The notes under the pieces were generated by a model that was given only the letters and a program-made list of their open reading frames with translations, was not told the DNA's origin and ran no database searches. The position numbers and the translations under genes are program-made. A stretch of 63,758 nt of DNA, the filler included, from Stramenopiles sp. TOSAG23-3 (taxonomy: Eukaryota), in NCBI GenBank assembly GCA_900128585.1. It is 9 parts of 9 records of this genome, joined end to end, with 100 filler letters (N's around TTAATTAATTAA, not from the genome) between each part and the next. Parts side by side here need not be neighbours in the genome. Positions count along the whole stretch, not along the records: positions 17,349 to 25,919 come from LT643003.1; positions 26,020 to 34,579 come from LT643005.1; 7 more parts are not named here. The stretch is one strand, 5' to 3'. Below are positions 22,428 to 33,500 of the stretch, in pieces. How positions within the stretch are numbered: the first letter of the stretch is position 1; each line of letters begins with the position of its first letter.

Positions 22428-25400
22428 TTAAAAACTATTACCGCCGGGGGCCCCGATTTGTTGAAATGACATTACCGTGGCTTTCACTGCCTCCTTTGAT
22501 ACGGACCATATGTCCGCACCAGCATTGTTTTGGAGCCAGAACAGCAGCGTGTCATTGTTCGGTCTCCAAGGCTGGGAGGTTAATGGGTTTTGGTCCCCAT
22601 AAACTTTGTGGCGACGTGCAAGGGACATCGCGTGCTGTCCCCGTGGAAGCATCTCCGCATGGCGCACGAAGGGTCTCAGTCCGGTAATGTCGCGGACGCA
22701 ATCGAACTGCTGCGACAGGTGTGGGCACACGACCACAAACGACAACGGCTGGTCGGTGTTTGTAAGCAACTTGACCATGTGCGCATACATCGATACAATC
22801 AGGTGGTGATCCGACGGCGGATGAGCGACGAAACTTCCATTCGAAGGGAAAAAGTCGAAAAACGACCCCAGGGAACCAAAGTACATGTCCGTGTCATAGA
22901 ATTGCGAACAGTAATTCTCCAACTGACGGTCGAAAGGGGACGCGAAACACTCGTGCGATACGCCGAAGTACCGCTGCAGTGTCATCATCACATTCGGCGT
23001 AATAGCCTGTTGGTGTGGTGGAACTAGTTTGCCTGCACTCTCGTACCGCTGAGTCATGTTGAATACGCGCCCCAGAAGCTTGTTTGTGTCGTGAGTGCCG
23101 TTTCTATACGTACGAACCAAATTGTCCAAAATTGACCTTGGCAGGATCAGGGCCTTTTGCATGAAGACGACACCGGCCTCGTCCTGGGCCATGTTGAATC
23201 TTTGGGGGTCGCAAATCGATATTTGCATCAGCGCGTCGGTCCAAAACTGGCCATTAAACTGGCGCGTTTGCCATTGCTTCATGTTGTGTATTTCAAACGC
23301 CAGGCTTGTGGCGTACTGTGTAAACTGCATGGTTACGTCATTCAACATCCTTCCGTCTGCGTTCGGAAACTGGCGAGCCAATGAACTGTGTACCATTTGG
23401 GCGACTTGCGCAACTTCTTGGCTGGGAAGCAAAGGGTCGACAGCCTGGACAGAGCTTGGGTTCCACACAAACTCACACCCTGCCCGATTTCGGAAGCAAT
23501 TGGCACGAAGCATCCACCGCATGAGCACATTTGCGATGATCGGCTTGTACGTCCTGTCCATTTTAGAGATGGAGTTCACCAGCTGCGCCATTTTGTCGTC
23601 CCGGAGCAAGGCAATTTGTGGGGTTTCCTCCGAATCAACGGCAGAATGTCCACCGTTGTTCCCGCTGTTCGCAGCACTCGACGGCCCATTGGTGTTGTTT
23701 GCCCTGTTAATGCCACTGTTGTTGTTTATATCGTCAGTTGGCCAGTTATTATTCAACGTGGACATGCTGCTTCCCGTGGACATGCTGCTTCCCGTAACGT
23801 TGTTGGCATTTCCCCCAAGGCTACCCCGTCCCATGTTTGCATTCACGTCGCCCCATTTGTTGTTCATCCCGCCCCAGGAGGAGGTGGTGCCGACACTGCC
23901 GTCGTTGTGGACGCCAACTTTGCTCGCATTTCCCATAAGAGAACTGTTCGCATTCACACCGCCAAGAGCTGGTTGGGTCTGCGGTGCGCTGCCTCCCAGA
24001 AAGATTTGCTCTTCGTCGTCGTCGTCGTCGAGCATCCCCATGTCTAGAAACGACAGGTTGATCGCAAGGTCGTCACCACCCCGACTAGGACGACGCGGGT
24101 TCTTCCCCGGAATCTGTTGCTGCGTCAGGTCGATCGTCTGCTGGTCAACTGGCTTTCCATTATTCGTCTTCAGCGGGGAGAACAAAGGCATGTTACCACC
24201 GCCCACATTCCCCGAACCGCTGAACGACTGGCTGTGCCTCATGGCGTCGTGCGGCAGCTGCGGGTGGGCCATACCATCGCTCCTAAGCGCCCCTGCGTGA
24301 GGGTTCTGCTGGATCACTTTCGATCGAACGGGCATTTGCAGCCCTGGCGGCGAGCCCGGAACTTCTTGCGCTTGGTTGCCAAACGACTGTTGCATGGACC
24401 TGTTCCCGGGCACTGGCTGGTGGGCAGAGGAAGGGGACAGCGGCACTTGCAATTGCTGGCGCTGGCTCGGGGGCGCACGGATCACGTCACTCTTCTCTCG
24501 CCCCACAGCAGGGGGGGGACGGGGGGGAACGGCAGTTTTCTTAACTGCCGGGGCAAATTGCTGCTGCGCATGGGCGGGCATATTCGGCTGTTTTCGCATG
24601 GGTTGCTGCGGCATTTGCCGCATTTGCTGACGCCCAAGTTGCTGGGCCGCATTGCGCTGTTGCTGCTGCGGCGGTTGCACCACCGGGCGGCCCGGTGGAG
24701 ATGGCTGCTTCTTGAAGCCATTCGGGTTGGGCTGCATAGGCTGTTGGCGTGGGGTGTTACGGTTGAGGACAGGTATTCGCGCTTGCCCGTTTCCAGGAAC
24801 GTAGGACCGATCGTTGTATTCATCGGAGTGGCTCGAGCGAGACTTTTTCTTCTTTTTCGTCACCACCGTGTCCCACGCTTCTTCTTCCTCTACCCTCGTC
24901 TGAGCGTTCTCTTCCTCCCGCAGAACATTGAATATTTCTTGCTTGGTCATCAAAGGCATGTCGGAGGCAGCAACGGCCTGTTCCTGCTGCTTTCTAGTCA
25001 CCGCCGCGATGTCCTGCTTCGTCTTCTCCTCGATAGCCCTCATTTTCTCCTCTTGCTTTTGCTTCTTTGCAGCCTGCTTTTTCTTTTCGGCCTCTTTCTT
25101 CTTGTTTTCTGCGCGACGCTTCTCTTCGTCTTTCTTCCGCTGGAGTGCGTCGGCGGCTTCTTTTCGGCGCTGGGCCTCCTCCTTTTTCGCTTGCTTGGCC
25201 GCTTGCTTCTTGGCGTCTTCGGCCGCCTTCTTTGCCGCTTCTTCCGCTTCTTTCTTCGCCTTCGCAGCCCGCTCTCGCTCCTTCTTTGCTTTCTTTTTAG
25301 CCGCCCGCTTTTTGGCTTTCTTCGATTTCCCTGCTTCTTTCTTCTCGTCTTCGTCGGACAGCAACCCTTCCGCAATAAAGAAGTCGTCGGTCGCCGCGGC

Positions 25401-25919
25401 GTTCTTCAACGCCGTGTGCTTTTGCTTTTTTGCATCCATTTCTATCTGTCGCTTCTTGAGGGTCAACAGCAGCTTCGCCCTTTGAATTTTCTTCCGGTTT
25501 CGAGAGCACCTTTGGATAGACGCTTTGTATTCGTACGTCATCGCGTAGGCGCATTCTATTAGGCCCTGGTCAACAAGCATGGCCAACGCGGTATCCCCCT
25601 TCTCGTCGATGGCGCCAGTGTCGGCATCGTGGTGGCACAGCAACAAGACGGTCTCTTCCTTGCCCGCTTTACCAGCGCAGAGCAGGGGGGTCAGCCCGCG
25701 GTCGTCCTTCTCCTCCAACCGGGCCCCAAAGCTAAGAAGCATCTTCACCAAGTCGTTCTGGCCCCGCTCGGCGGCGGCGCACAGGAAGCTTGGGTTCGGC
25801 GCTTCCGAGGGGGCGTGCACGGAGCAGCCCGACTCGATGAGGAGTTTCGCGCAATTCCATCGCTTGTTTGCGATCGCCTCCCACAGGGGAGGGGATGTAT
25901 TCGGCGTGTCCAGCGGAGC
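22428..25919 (-). CDS. Ankyrin + coiled coil + Q/N/P-rich linker + PCIF1/CAPAM-type methyltransferase domain (5'-truncated)
   Basis: Ankyrins (LCAAAERGQNDLVKMLLSFGA; GLTPLLCA; GDTAL). PCIF1 block ECFASPFD...YCS.FYDTDMYFGSLGSFFDF.P..GSF.AHPP, PLSFVVV, H......H, TLLFWLQN.AG...W. Confidence 0.88.
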   Translation of the reverse strand, partial: APLDTPNTSPPLWEAIANKRWNCAKLLIESGCSVHAPSEAPNPSFLCAAAERGQNDLVKMLLSFGARLEEKDDRGLTPLLCAGKAGKEETVLLLCHHDADTGAIDEKGDTALAMLVDQGLIECAYAMTYEYKASIQRCSRNRKKIQRAKLLLTLKKRQIEMDAKKQKHTALKNAAATDDFFIAEGLLSDEDEKKEAGKSKKAKKRAAKKKAKKERERAAKAKKEAEEAAKKAAEDAKKQAAKQAKKEEAQRRKEAADALQRKKDEEKRRAENKKKEAEKKKQAAKKQKQEEKMRAIEEKTKQDIAAVTRKQQEQAVAASDMPLMTKQEIFNVLREEENAQTRVEEEEAWDTVVTKKKKKSRSSHSDEYNDRSYVPGNGQARIPVLNRNTPRQQPMQPNPNGFKKQPSPPGRPVVQPPQQQQRNAAQQLGRQQMRQMPQQPMRKQPNMPAHAQQQFAPAVKKTAVPPRPPPAVGREKSDVIRAPPSQRQQLQVPLSPSSAHQPVPGNRSMQQSFGNQAQEVPGSPPGLQMPVRSKVIQQNPHAGALRSDGMAHPQLPHDAMRHSQSFSGSGNVGGGNMPLFSPLKTNNGKPVDQQTIDLTQQQIPGKNPRRPSRGGDDLAINLSFLDMGMLDDDDDEEQIFLGGSAPQTQPALGGVNANSSLMGNASKVGVHNDGSVGTTSSWGGMNNKWGDVNANMGRGSLGGNANNVTGSSMSTGSSMSTLNNNWPTDDINNNSGINRANNTNGPSSAANSGNNGGHSAVDSEETPQIALLRDDKMAQLVNSISKMDRTYKPIIANVLMRWMLRANCFRNRAGCEFVWNPSSVQAVDPLLPSQEVAQVAQMVHSSLARQFPNADGRMLNDVTMQFTQYATSLAFEIHNMKQWQTRQFNGQFWTDALMQISICDPQRFNMAQDEAGVVFMQKALILPRSILDNLVRTYRNGTHDTNKLLGRVFNMTQRYESAGKLVPPHQQAITPNVMMTLQRYFGVSHECFASPFDRQLENYCSQFYDTDMYFGSLGSFFDFFPSNGSFVAHPPSDHHLIVSMYAHMVKLLTNTDQPLSFVVVCPHLSQQFDCVRDITGLRPFVRHAEMLPRGQHAMSLARRHKVYGDQNPLTSQPWRPNNDTLLFWLQNNAGADIWSVSKEAVKATVMSFQQIGAPGGNSF

Positions 25920-26019
25920 NNNNNNNNNNNNNNNNNNNNNNNNNNNNNNNNNNNNNNNNNNNNTTAATTAATTAANNNNNNNNNNNNNNNNNNNNNNNNN
26001 NNNNNNNNNNNNNNNNNNN
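25920..26019. other. Artificial contig spacer
   Basis: N44-TTAATTAATTAA-N44. Confidence 0.98.
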
Positions 26020-26020
26020 A

Positions 26021-29000
26021 GTTGCTTTGTACAGAGCTGCGCAGTCAAAGACGAATCCATTTATTGGAAAGCCATCAAAGCAGGCACCCATACAGCAGAA
26101 AAGCAGGCTACCTTTGGCAGCAGGTTCAAATTTTAACCCTGCAAAGAAAAGCATTCGTAGTGTGGGTCAAAAACCCGACAGACCCTTTTCCTCCCCCCCA
26201 CCAGCAGTTGCCCCCCGAAGTGGAAAGTCGGCACCTATTATTACAGACATAGACTCTGCTATTATTGGTACATGCAATCGCATCTGCCCTTTGGAAGAAA
26301 TTAAGCGACGCGTTGAACGGGATGAGGTGAAACTGCTTGAGCAGGAGCACCCGTCCAGGCCCGGATGGACCCTTCAAATGATGATGGTGAAAGAGAACAA
26401 AAAAGCTGCTAGTGATGGGACAGTTCACAACGTTCCTCATATTGTCCGTACTCCCGATGCGCTTTGGAGAACTTGGAGCTACATCAAGGAGCACATCATG
26501 GACATTGATGGTGATGGACCGGACCAAAGGTTTATTGAGTCCAATCTTGTTCCAGAGGGGCAAGACCGGGCCTCTGTTGTCGACATAGACGGTTTTGTAT
26601 GGAACCGGTCGAAACAAATAAACAGGGATTTTAATGTACAAGGAATCCAGTTTGGAAATTCTCACCCACTAGCAACTGCTTTCTTGGAAGAATGCGCGTC
26701 GTACCACATATGGATCGAGTATGAGCTGGGGCCGGCATTGAATAAACGTAACTTGAACGAGCGGATGAAAAATTTGAACGAGGCGTATGACGGAGATTAT
26801 AAACGGAAAAAGTGTGTCAATCCTAGGGAAGCTGAATTCCGGGCTTACTATATTTTGCAGCACATAGCAAACCCTGACAAAGTTTTGATCCCAATGTTTA
26901 TTCGACCGTTGGTGGAACGGCCCGATATCATTAATCAACCGATTATGAAACAAACGTTAGCTTTGTGGGCCGCGTACAAAATGCGGGACTATTTTTCATA
27001 TTTTCAAATTATCAAAAAAAGCAAAAATGTATTGTTTTGTTGCCAGGCTTACCAGAACGTACCAGAGATGAGGTTTCACGGACTGAGCGTGATAATGCAG
27101 ACAAACAAGAGTGCACGTAACGAATTTCCTGTCAGCGATATTGTGGGGCCACTAGGTTTTGACAATGAAGGGCAAGCAGTAGAAGTGTGCAAAGAATACG
27201 GCTTGAAAATAAAAAAATCGCAAACCGGGGAATTACAACTCGACACTGCGAACCGATCAAAGCCAATTTTCCCCGAAGAAATGTCAAAACTGCGAAGCGA
27301 GGCCCTGATTGATTCTAAACGTGGCCCACCAGGACAACGGACGCGGCGTGCAGTGATAGAAGGTGGGGCTGTCCAAGCTGGGGAAATATTAGTTCTTCAA
27401 GAGAAAGCGTCTTCTAACTCAAGGGCCGTTCTCGACAGCCAACCATCACGGGAGGCAGAAGAAGATAGAGATATGGCCGAGAAACAGGCACGCGAAAAGT
27501 TGGAGTTGCTGCGACGAAAGAAAGAGGAAAAATTACGGAAAATGGCCGAGATGCAGAAGCAATTTTCCCTGCGAAAAGAGCAGAATCGACTTCAACAAGA
27601 ACGAGAGCAGCAGATTGCAAGGGAAAAAGAGTTAAAAGTGCAGCGCGAGAAAGCCGAGGAACGGCAGCGCATGCAGAAAAAATTAAAAGAGCAGCAGATC
27701 GAGCAAAAAAACACAATGCTTGCGAAAGAACGAGAGAGGGCCGAAAAGCAAATGCTGGTGCAACTAGAAGAGGCAAGAAAAAATGCAGAGCGGAAGCAGC
27801 AAATTTTGGCAAGACAGGCAGTACTAGAAGAAAAAAGGCGGCACGAAAGGAACCGCATACAGTCGGAACGAAGGCTTTCGAGCACCAATTCGACAAAGGC
27901 GACTTTAGCAAAAGGCACGACATGTTTGCATGCTATACAAACATTCTTGAATAAAGTTTCCACGGTATGCCAGCCAAAGAAGGGTAGAAGCGTTGAGTCA
28001 GGAAAGCTGTTTCTTAAAAATCTTCAACAATTGCGCCGTGGTTTTGAAATGCATATTTCAGCGTCATTAGAGCAGGCAATCATTGAGGTGGAAGCATGTT
28101 TTGTAGTCTTAAAACACTTAAGCTTATTTGAATTACTGCAATCAGCAAAGCAGGTTCATGGAAAATTGATTACAGATTCGAAAAAATTAGTTTCCGCTTA
28201 TCAGCAATTGCAACGAAACATAGATGCAGCCGAACAGGATATAACAGAAGCGATCCAAGACAAAAGGGAATGCAATCTTGCGATTAAGTTTTTGAGGTTT
28301 TACAAGTGGAAAGTTATTGTAAAAGCAAAATTTGGGCCGATGTCACTGGAAATAAAGCGCCAGCGGATTCAGGCAGCGCTGTCTTCGCCCGTCAAGCCAA
28401 TGGCGTTTGCAATCAATAGAAGAAGTCACAATAAAACGAGTGATGTCAAAAACAACGAAGACCTGCATTTTCAGACCAAATTTGAACTATGGAAAATGTT
28501 CTCGGACTTATCCCACTTGGAACACGGCAAAGATACGCTGTGGAAATTAGTGGTGGTCGTCGATAATTTTACGGTATCGACACCTCATGTTGGCCATTTG
28601 GCCATTTTTCAACGATGGTTGCTGTCAAAATACAACCAAGGTAGTGTAAATCGTCTGTCAAAAAATAACTCAAAAAATTCCAAGTTGTTGTCTTTATACC
28701 GAGTTCCGTCGATGGTTGGGCTAGAGGATGACTCCAACGAGACCGCCGATCTATCAGATGGTAAGTTAGATAATGATTATTTACGCGTCTGCGTTAGATC
28801 TGTGTCTTTGCAGGAGAGCCAGAAGGACAAAAGACGCTTGCTTCGTGGGACGCATGCTGCAGTGTTTCCAATGGCACTTTTTAATGTTCAACGAGAACAT
28901 GGAGTACAGCTGTCAGGAGACGAGCTGAGCAGGTTTTCTGAATTTCTTGACGCCCTGGGTCAAAATGCGAGCGTGCCGGTCCTGCTGCCAATACTGTGTA

Positions 29001-30154
29001 TGGAACACTGCAGTCGCGAAGATAAAGACATTATTTTTGAAAGCATTGTTTCTGCATTGCAACGACTCGATGTAAATAGCAAAGTGATGGCATGGAAAGC
29101 TTGCTTTGTAGTTGATGTAGGTATCAAGGAAACGACTTGGGAAACGCCTCCTCACCGTATATTAGACAGATTTTATCCAGAGGAGCTTTCCCAAGGGACG
29201 CAGTGGTTGGTGGACAACCGAACAGTGTGCCCACCACTCGCGCATGCACCGCTTTCTGCAGTTCTTCAAGAATGGTTTTCTTTTATGCCACGTTACGGGC
29301 CGGGCAAGGCGGCGTCCTCCATGGTGAACGATTTTAACATAATCTTGGCAACTACAATGCATTTGCTTACACAGCCTGGCTTTCAGGATTTACCACCGGT
29401 AGCAGTAGCCCCCGAATTCTTGGGCAAGGACGATGACGTTAATGTTGATTCATCAGATATACCCAGCGATTGGAATTCTGAAGGACATTTTCAACAAATT
29501 CGTGGTATCCTACAATCGTTGTTTCTGCCCCCTTTACCAATTTACATTAGACCAGAACATACAGCTGCCGGTTTCCCAATTTTTGAAGAGTATAGAGTCG
29601 AACTGGAGGACTACGTTCGTGCGCTTAGCCCTGGTTCAGGGGATCTGGTCTTCAGTATCCACAATGTTTTTGGTCATGCCTTGGCAACTCGCGCAGCACC
29701 AGGTGGCGCCAGCGTGCCCCTTGTGTCTATACCTTGGCGCTCGATAATTGGAATGATTATTGATTCTCAAATAAAACAGCTTTCAACATTTGTTGTGTAT
29801 CCCAAAGAAGTCGGGGAGTACTTAAATGTGTGCAATGTTGTTCGCCAAGTTCGTTCTCAAATGAATTTAGCAGCCGACGCTGCAATCGACGATAGCGTTC
29901 CACATTGGTGCGTTGAAACAACAGATATACTCATACGCCAAGGAAGAAGCCAAGGAAAAAGGCGCTTTACGGAATTAGAAAACCAGTCTCCAAACAAAAT
30001 CGACGGCAGCCAAACACTCGAACAGGACGAGGAAGAGTTGCCAAGTAAAAGACGAAGGATGGAGGAATTTAACGAAGCATTTGCCAACGAGAAGGCTCAA
30101 TCAGAAGAGTACGAGAGGGCTCTGAATCGCATGTTAATGGATGGTGGCATGTAA
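26021..30154 (+). CDS. SAC3/GANP-family mRNA export (TREX-2) scaffold, 5'-truncated
   Basis: IIGTCNRICPLEE, VRTPDAL, FVWNRSKQINRDFNVQ, EAEFRAYYIL, LGFDN, then a long coiled coil and a WKLVV-containing C-terminal region as in GANP-type proteins. Confidence 0.8.
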   Translation, partial: VALYRAAQSKTNPFIGKPSKQAPIQQKSRLPLAAGSNFNPAKKSIRSVGQKPDRPFSSPPPAVAPRSGKSAPIITDIDSAIIGTCNRICPLEEIKRRVERDEVKLLEQEHPSRPGWTLQMMMVKENKKAASDGTVHNVPHIVRTPDALWRTWSYIKEHIMDIDGDGPDQRFIESNLVPEGQDRASVVDIDGFVWNRSKQINRDFNVQGIQFGNSHPLATAFLEECASYHIWIEYELGPALNKRNLNERMKNLNEAYDGDYKRKKCVNPREAEFRAYYILQHIANPDKVLIPMFIRPLVERPDIINQPIMKQTLALWAAYKMRDYFSYFQIIKKSKNVLFCCQAYQNVPEMRFHGLSVIMQTNKSARNEFPVSDIVGPLGFDNEGQAVEVCKEYGLKIKKSQTGELQLDTANRSKPIFPEEMSKLRSEALIDSKRGPPGQRTRRAVIEGGAVQAGEILVLQEKASSNSRAVLDSQPSREAEEDRDMAEKQAREKLELLRRKKEEKLRKMAEMQKQFSLRKEQNRLQQEREQQIAREKELKVQREKAEERQRMQKKLKEQQIEQKNTMLAKERERAEKQMLVQLEEARKNAERKQQILARQAVLEEKRRHERNRIQSERRLSSTNSTKATLAKGTTCLHAIQTFLNKVSTVCQPKKGRSVESGKLFLKNLQQLRRGFEMHISASLEQAIIEVEACFVVLKHLSLFELLQSAKQVHGKLITDSKKLVSAYQQLQRNIDAAEQDITEAIQDKRECNLAIKFLRFYKWKVIVKAKFGPMSLEIKRQRIQAALSSPVKPMAFAINRRSHNKTSDVKNNEDLHFQTKFELWKMFSDLSHLEHGKDTLWKLVVVVDNFTVSTPHVGHLAIFQRWLLSKYNQGSVNRLSKNNSKNSKLLSLYRVPSMVGLEDDSNETADLSDGKLDNDYLRVCVRSVSLQESQKDKRRLLRGTHAAVFPMALFNVQREHGVQLSGDELSRFSEFLDALGQNASVPVLLPILCMEHCSREDKDIIFESIVSALQRLDVNSKVMAWKACFVVDVGIKETTWETPPHRILDRFYPEELSQGTQWLVDNRTVCPPLAHAPLSAVLQEWFSFMPRYGPGKAASSMVNDFNIILATTMHLLTQPGFQDLPPVAVAPEFLGKDDDVNVDSSDIPSDWNSEGHFQQIRGILQSLFLPPLPIYIRPEHTAAGFPIFEEYRVELEDYVRALSPGSGDLVFSIHNVFGHALATRAAPGGASVPLVSIPWRSIIGMIIDSQIKQLSTFVVYPKEVGEYLNVCNVVRQVRSQMNLAADAAIDDSVPHWCVETTDILIRQGRSQGKRRFTELENQSPNKIDGSQTLEQDEEELPSKRRRMEEFNEAFANEKAQSEEYERALNRMLMDGGM

Positions 30155-30246
30155 AAAAAAGGAGTATAATTCGATCTACGTATATAAAAATACGTACGAA
30201 GCGAACGGGCGAACGGGGACAACTTATAATTCTTACTTGTACTAAA

Positions 30247-30450
30247 TTAAAAACAAGAAAATTGGCTGTTATTTAAGTAATTAAAATTAATGTACTGCGA
30301 ACTGAAATTTTTGATTTAGACATTCTAAATTAATAAACAAGAAAATTGGCTGTTATTTAAGTAATTAAATTTAGCTTCCTCATACCCTAATCCTAACTTG
30401 TTTCTGTACTTTTGTTTCGTTGTTGGTTGTCAATCACCGAGGGGATGATA
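30247..30450 (+). repeat. Two tandem copies of the dispersed repeat terminus (AAACAAGAAAATTGGCTGTTATTTAAGTAATTAAA)
   Basis: Copies start at about 30247 and 30335. The second continues TTAGCTTCCTCATACCCTAATCCTAAC...GTTGTCAATCACCGAGG, matching 54415-54540 on the minus strand. Confidence 0.9.
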
Positions 30451-30590
30451 AAACGAGTAAGAATTCTTAGGAGTTCGTCATAAGTAAGCTTAATATTTTA
30501 CGTCATGAAAGAACAAGCACATTTGTAAAACTTTGTAAAACGCGTACAAGTCTTTATTGATTCTTACGAGTAAACAGTATTTTTTAACGT

Positions 30591-33500
30591 TTATCTAGCG
30601 TTCAACAAATTTTGGCATTCAGTCAATGCCTTGCCCAGGGCAGCCTGAGACCTTTCAAACGATTTCTTGAGCTTTGCTTTTTCGTGGCGCAAGGTTTCAA
30701 CCTTTAACCTTAGGCCCCCTACTTCTGCCAAAAGAGATTGGGACTCTGAGCGCGCTTCATTCGCTTCCCGCGCCAAGGTGTCCGATTCTCGTTTGCATAT
30801 GCCAAGCTCCCTTTCCTTGTTTTTTATGATAACTTGTGCTCGTGTCAACTCTAAGTCAGCATTGCCAGAATCACTCAATGTACTGCTTGCCATGGATGCC
30901 TCGACAACAGCCTTCGCATTCATTAAAGAAGTAATTTGCTGCATTGCGCCATTCAGTTTGCTACTGACGATTTTGTCTGCACCCTGAAGCGAGGATACTC
31001 GAGCATTTAAACGATCTACATTTTTCTCAAGCTCGTGCTGTCTCATTCTTGAATGCTCTTCGCGCAGTGCTAACGCCTGCTTCTCCTGGAGCAACTGAAT
31101 GTTTTTTTGCATGTACTCATCGGCAGAGGTCTTGGCGTTGTGTAGCAGTTTTTCATTTGTAGCCATTGCCATACTCATCTTTGACTTCAATAGTTCCATC
31201 CGCTCAAACAACTCTCTTCGGCTCTCAATGGACGCTTGAAGGTCCGCTTCCTTCGATGTTATTGTCTTTTCCAGCTCAGAAATTTGGGCCTCTTTTTCGT
31301 GTACAACTTGATCTAACTGTTTATCAGATGTTTGTATCTGCTGATGGTACGTTTTCGACGCCAAGTCACTCCGTTCACGGGCGTTTTTTTCCTGTCGCAA
31401 AGCTGATTCTATGCTAATAATGCGGTCGGTCATTTCATCCCGTTCTTCATTTGCTTGAGCTAAGCGTCTGATTAAACTCTCTCGTTCTGTGTGCAGCGAA
31501 GTGACCTCTCTGCTATTTGTCACTTTGACCTCTGTCATCTCTTCGGCCCAGTTCTGCTTCGTTTCTAGCAATGAAGCCTCCGCACTTTGCAGCTTCCCTT
31601 CAGTAATCTCTAAATTTCCGATCAGGTTGCGGTTGTTTTGCTCCGTTTTCGCCAGGGCATTCGTTAACTCTTGAATTCTTGATCTTGATATTTGAAGTTG
31701 TTGCCCTAAAGATGTGTTCATTGATACCAACCTTGACGTTTCTGCAGAGTGCGCTGCTTGTAACTGATTCATCGAATCCGAAATCATCTGCCTCATTTGA
31801 GCCGAACCTAATTCTTCCGACTTTATTTTGTTTTCCAACGAAGAGCTTCGATCCGATACCAAACGTAGCTCATTGCTTGCTTTTGATAAAGCTATCCGAA
31901 GTTGTTCCATTTCTGTTTCGCGTGCCGCAGTTTCTGCAAGTTCCATTTTTCGTTGCGCTTTGTGGGTTTCTTCCATAGCTTGAAGCGATGCCTTCGTGTC
32001 CTTGGCAGATTTTCTTTCTTCTGCTAATGCACTTTGCTCTATTTTAAGTTTTCGTTCAGACGATTCTTTGCTTTCGACAGCTTGGTGAAGTTTTGTTTGT
32101 AATCCTGCAATTTCCTTTAATTGGGTTTCATTGTCCTGGGTCAAAACTTTGTTCTTTTTCTTACTTACTTCACATTTTTCGTTCAGTCTCTTATTTGCTT
32201 CCGATTGCAACTGTAAAGATTTCTCCAACCCTTCAATTTTCTCGAGTTGGGTTTTACGGTCCTCCTCAAGCTTTTCTTTATCGCCATTATCGTCTGACAT
32301 GCTTACATCTTCTGGTGCCACGCCGGTAATTTTTGCGAGCTCGATCTTCAATCCCATGTTTTCACTTACTACTTGTTGGTGCGCGATTACCATTTGCTCT
32401 AGTTTGGCCTGGAGCACACCGTTTGGGGGATTAGTCTGTTGAAAGTGTTCTAGCTGAACACGTAGTGTTGAATTCTCTTGCCATAACTTTCCTGCAGTTT
32501 CGTCTAATTCCCGATATTTTGCCATTATAAATTCTATCCTAGATTTGCTTTCGGAGGAAAACTTTGCCATTGCTGCGTCTCTCTCTGTAAGTTGGTTCAG
32601 CAAATGCGTTATTGTGTTGCTTGTGTTTTCTATTTGCGCATTATGGGCGTACGGCTCTTCCGCATTTGTCGGGATCATCACATGAGCGTACGATTGGCTA
32701 TAGGCTTTGGCTGGGCTATTCCACGAAATTCGCTTTTTTACGCTTGACCCTGGGCTGCTTCCTGTCGGACTGTCTGCGGCGGCACTCCCCTTTTCTACTC
32801 CTGTCATCGTTGGGGAGGCGCCCCCAGGGCTTCCATTTTGCTGTTTTCCAGCATCGGCTATCCCCACCCCTAATTTCAAGCCCATAATCTGGGCATTCAA
32901 CCGCGCTTCCAGTGCTGCAACTTCATCATCTTCGGGCTGCAACGAAGAAGTAAACACTTCATTCTCAACCGGTTTTGTATCTCTTTCAACGACCACATTT
33001 TGCTGGGCTACGAATCCATCTGGGCAAAGTTCTTTCTCTGTCGAGGCCGGTTGCGGGGAGCTTCTCTGTTCTGTTACAGGCGCGTTTTCTATAGGCCCTA
33101 AAGACTCTTCTAACTCGTCCATTGCATTTGCTGTTATAAGGTTTCTCAATTGATCAGGTGTGTCTAAACTTATACTCCCCCTTAGCCCATCCATTTTTAA
33201 CAACGGTCGCATCATTCTGATTGACTGCGACTGGTCGGTATTCCTAGGAGATCCCGTCTCCTCCCCCACCCCCCCCTTTCGCTCAGCACGTGATGGGCTA
33301 GTTCTTTCGTAGGTTGATACTTCTTTTACAGCTTGATCGTCCATATTGGTTCCATCTTGCACCTGCCCAGTTTCCTGAAAAGATGATACTGCGGATATAT
33401 CCATAGGCTCTCCAGTAGAATATTCGACCCATGCCCATTTTCCGGCCCCGTCACTGTTTGTCCCAAATTCTGGCTCAATTTTCGTGCTTGTCGAATCCCT

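Noticed and set aside
23095-25562. Long plus-strand ORFs (401 and 481 aa) and similar ones at 6148, 38915, 40598 and 58802
   Set aside because: Antisense shadows of GC-rich or coiled-coil genes, with no domain features.
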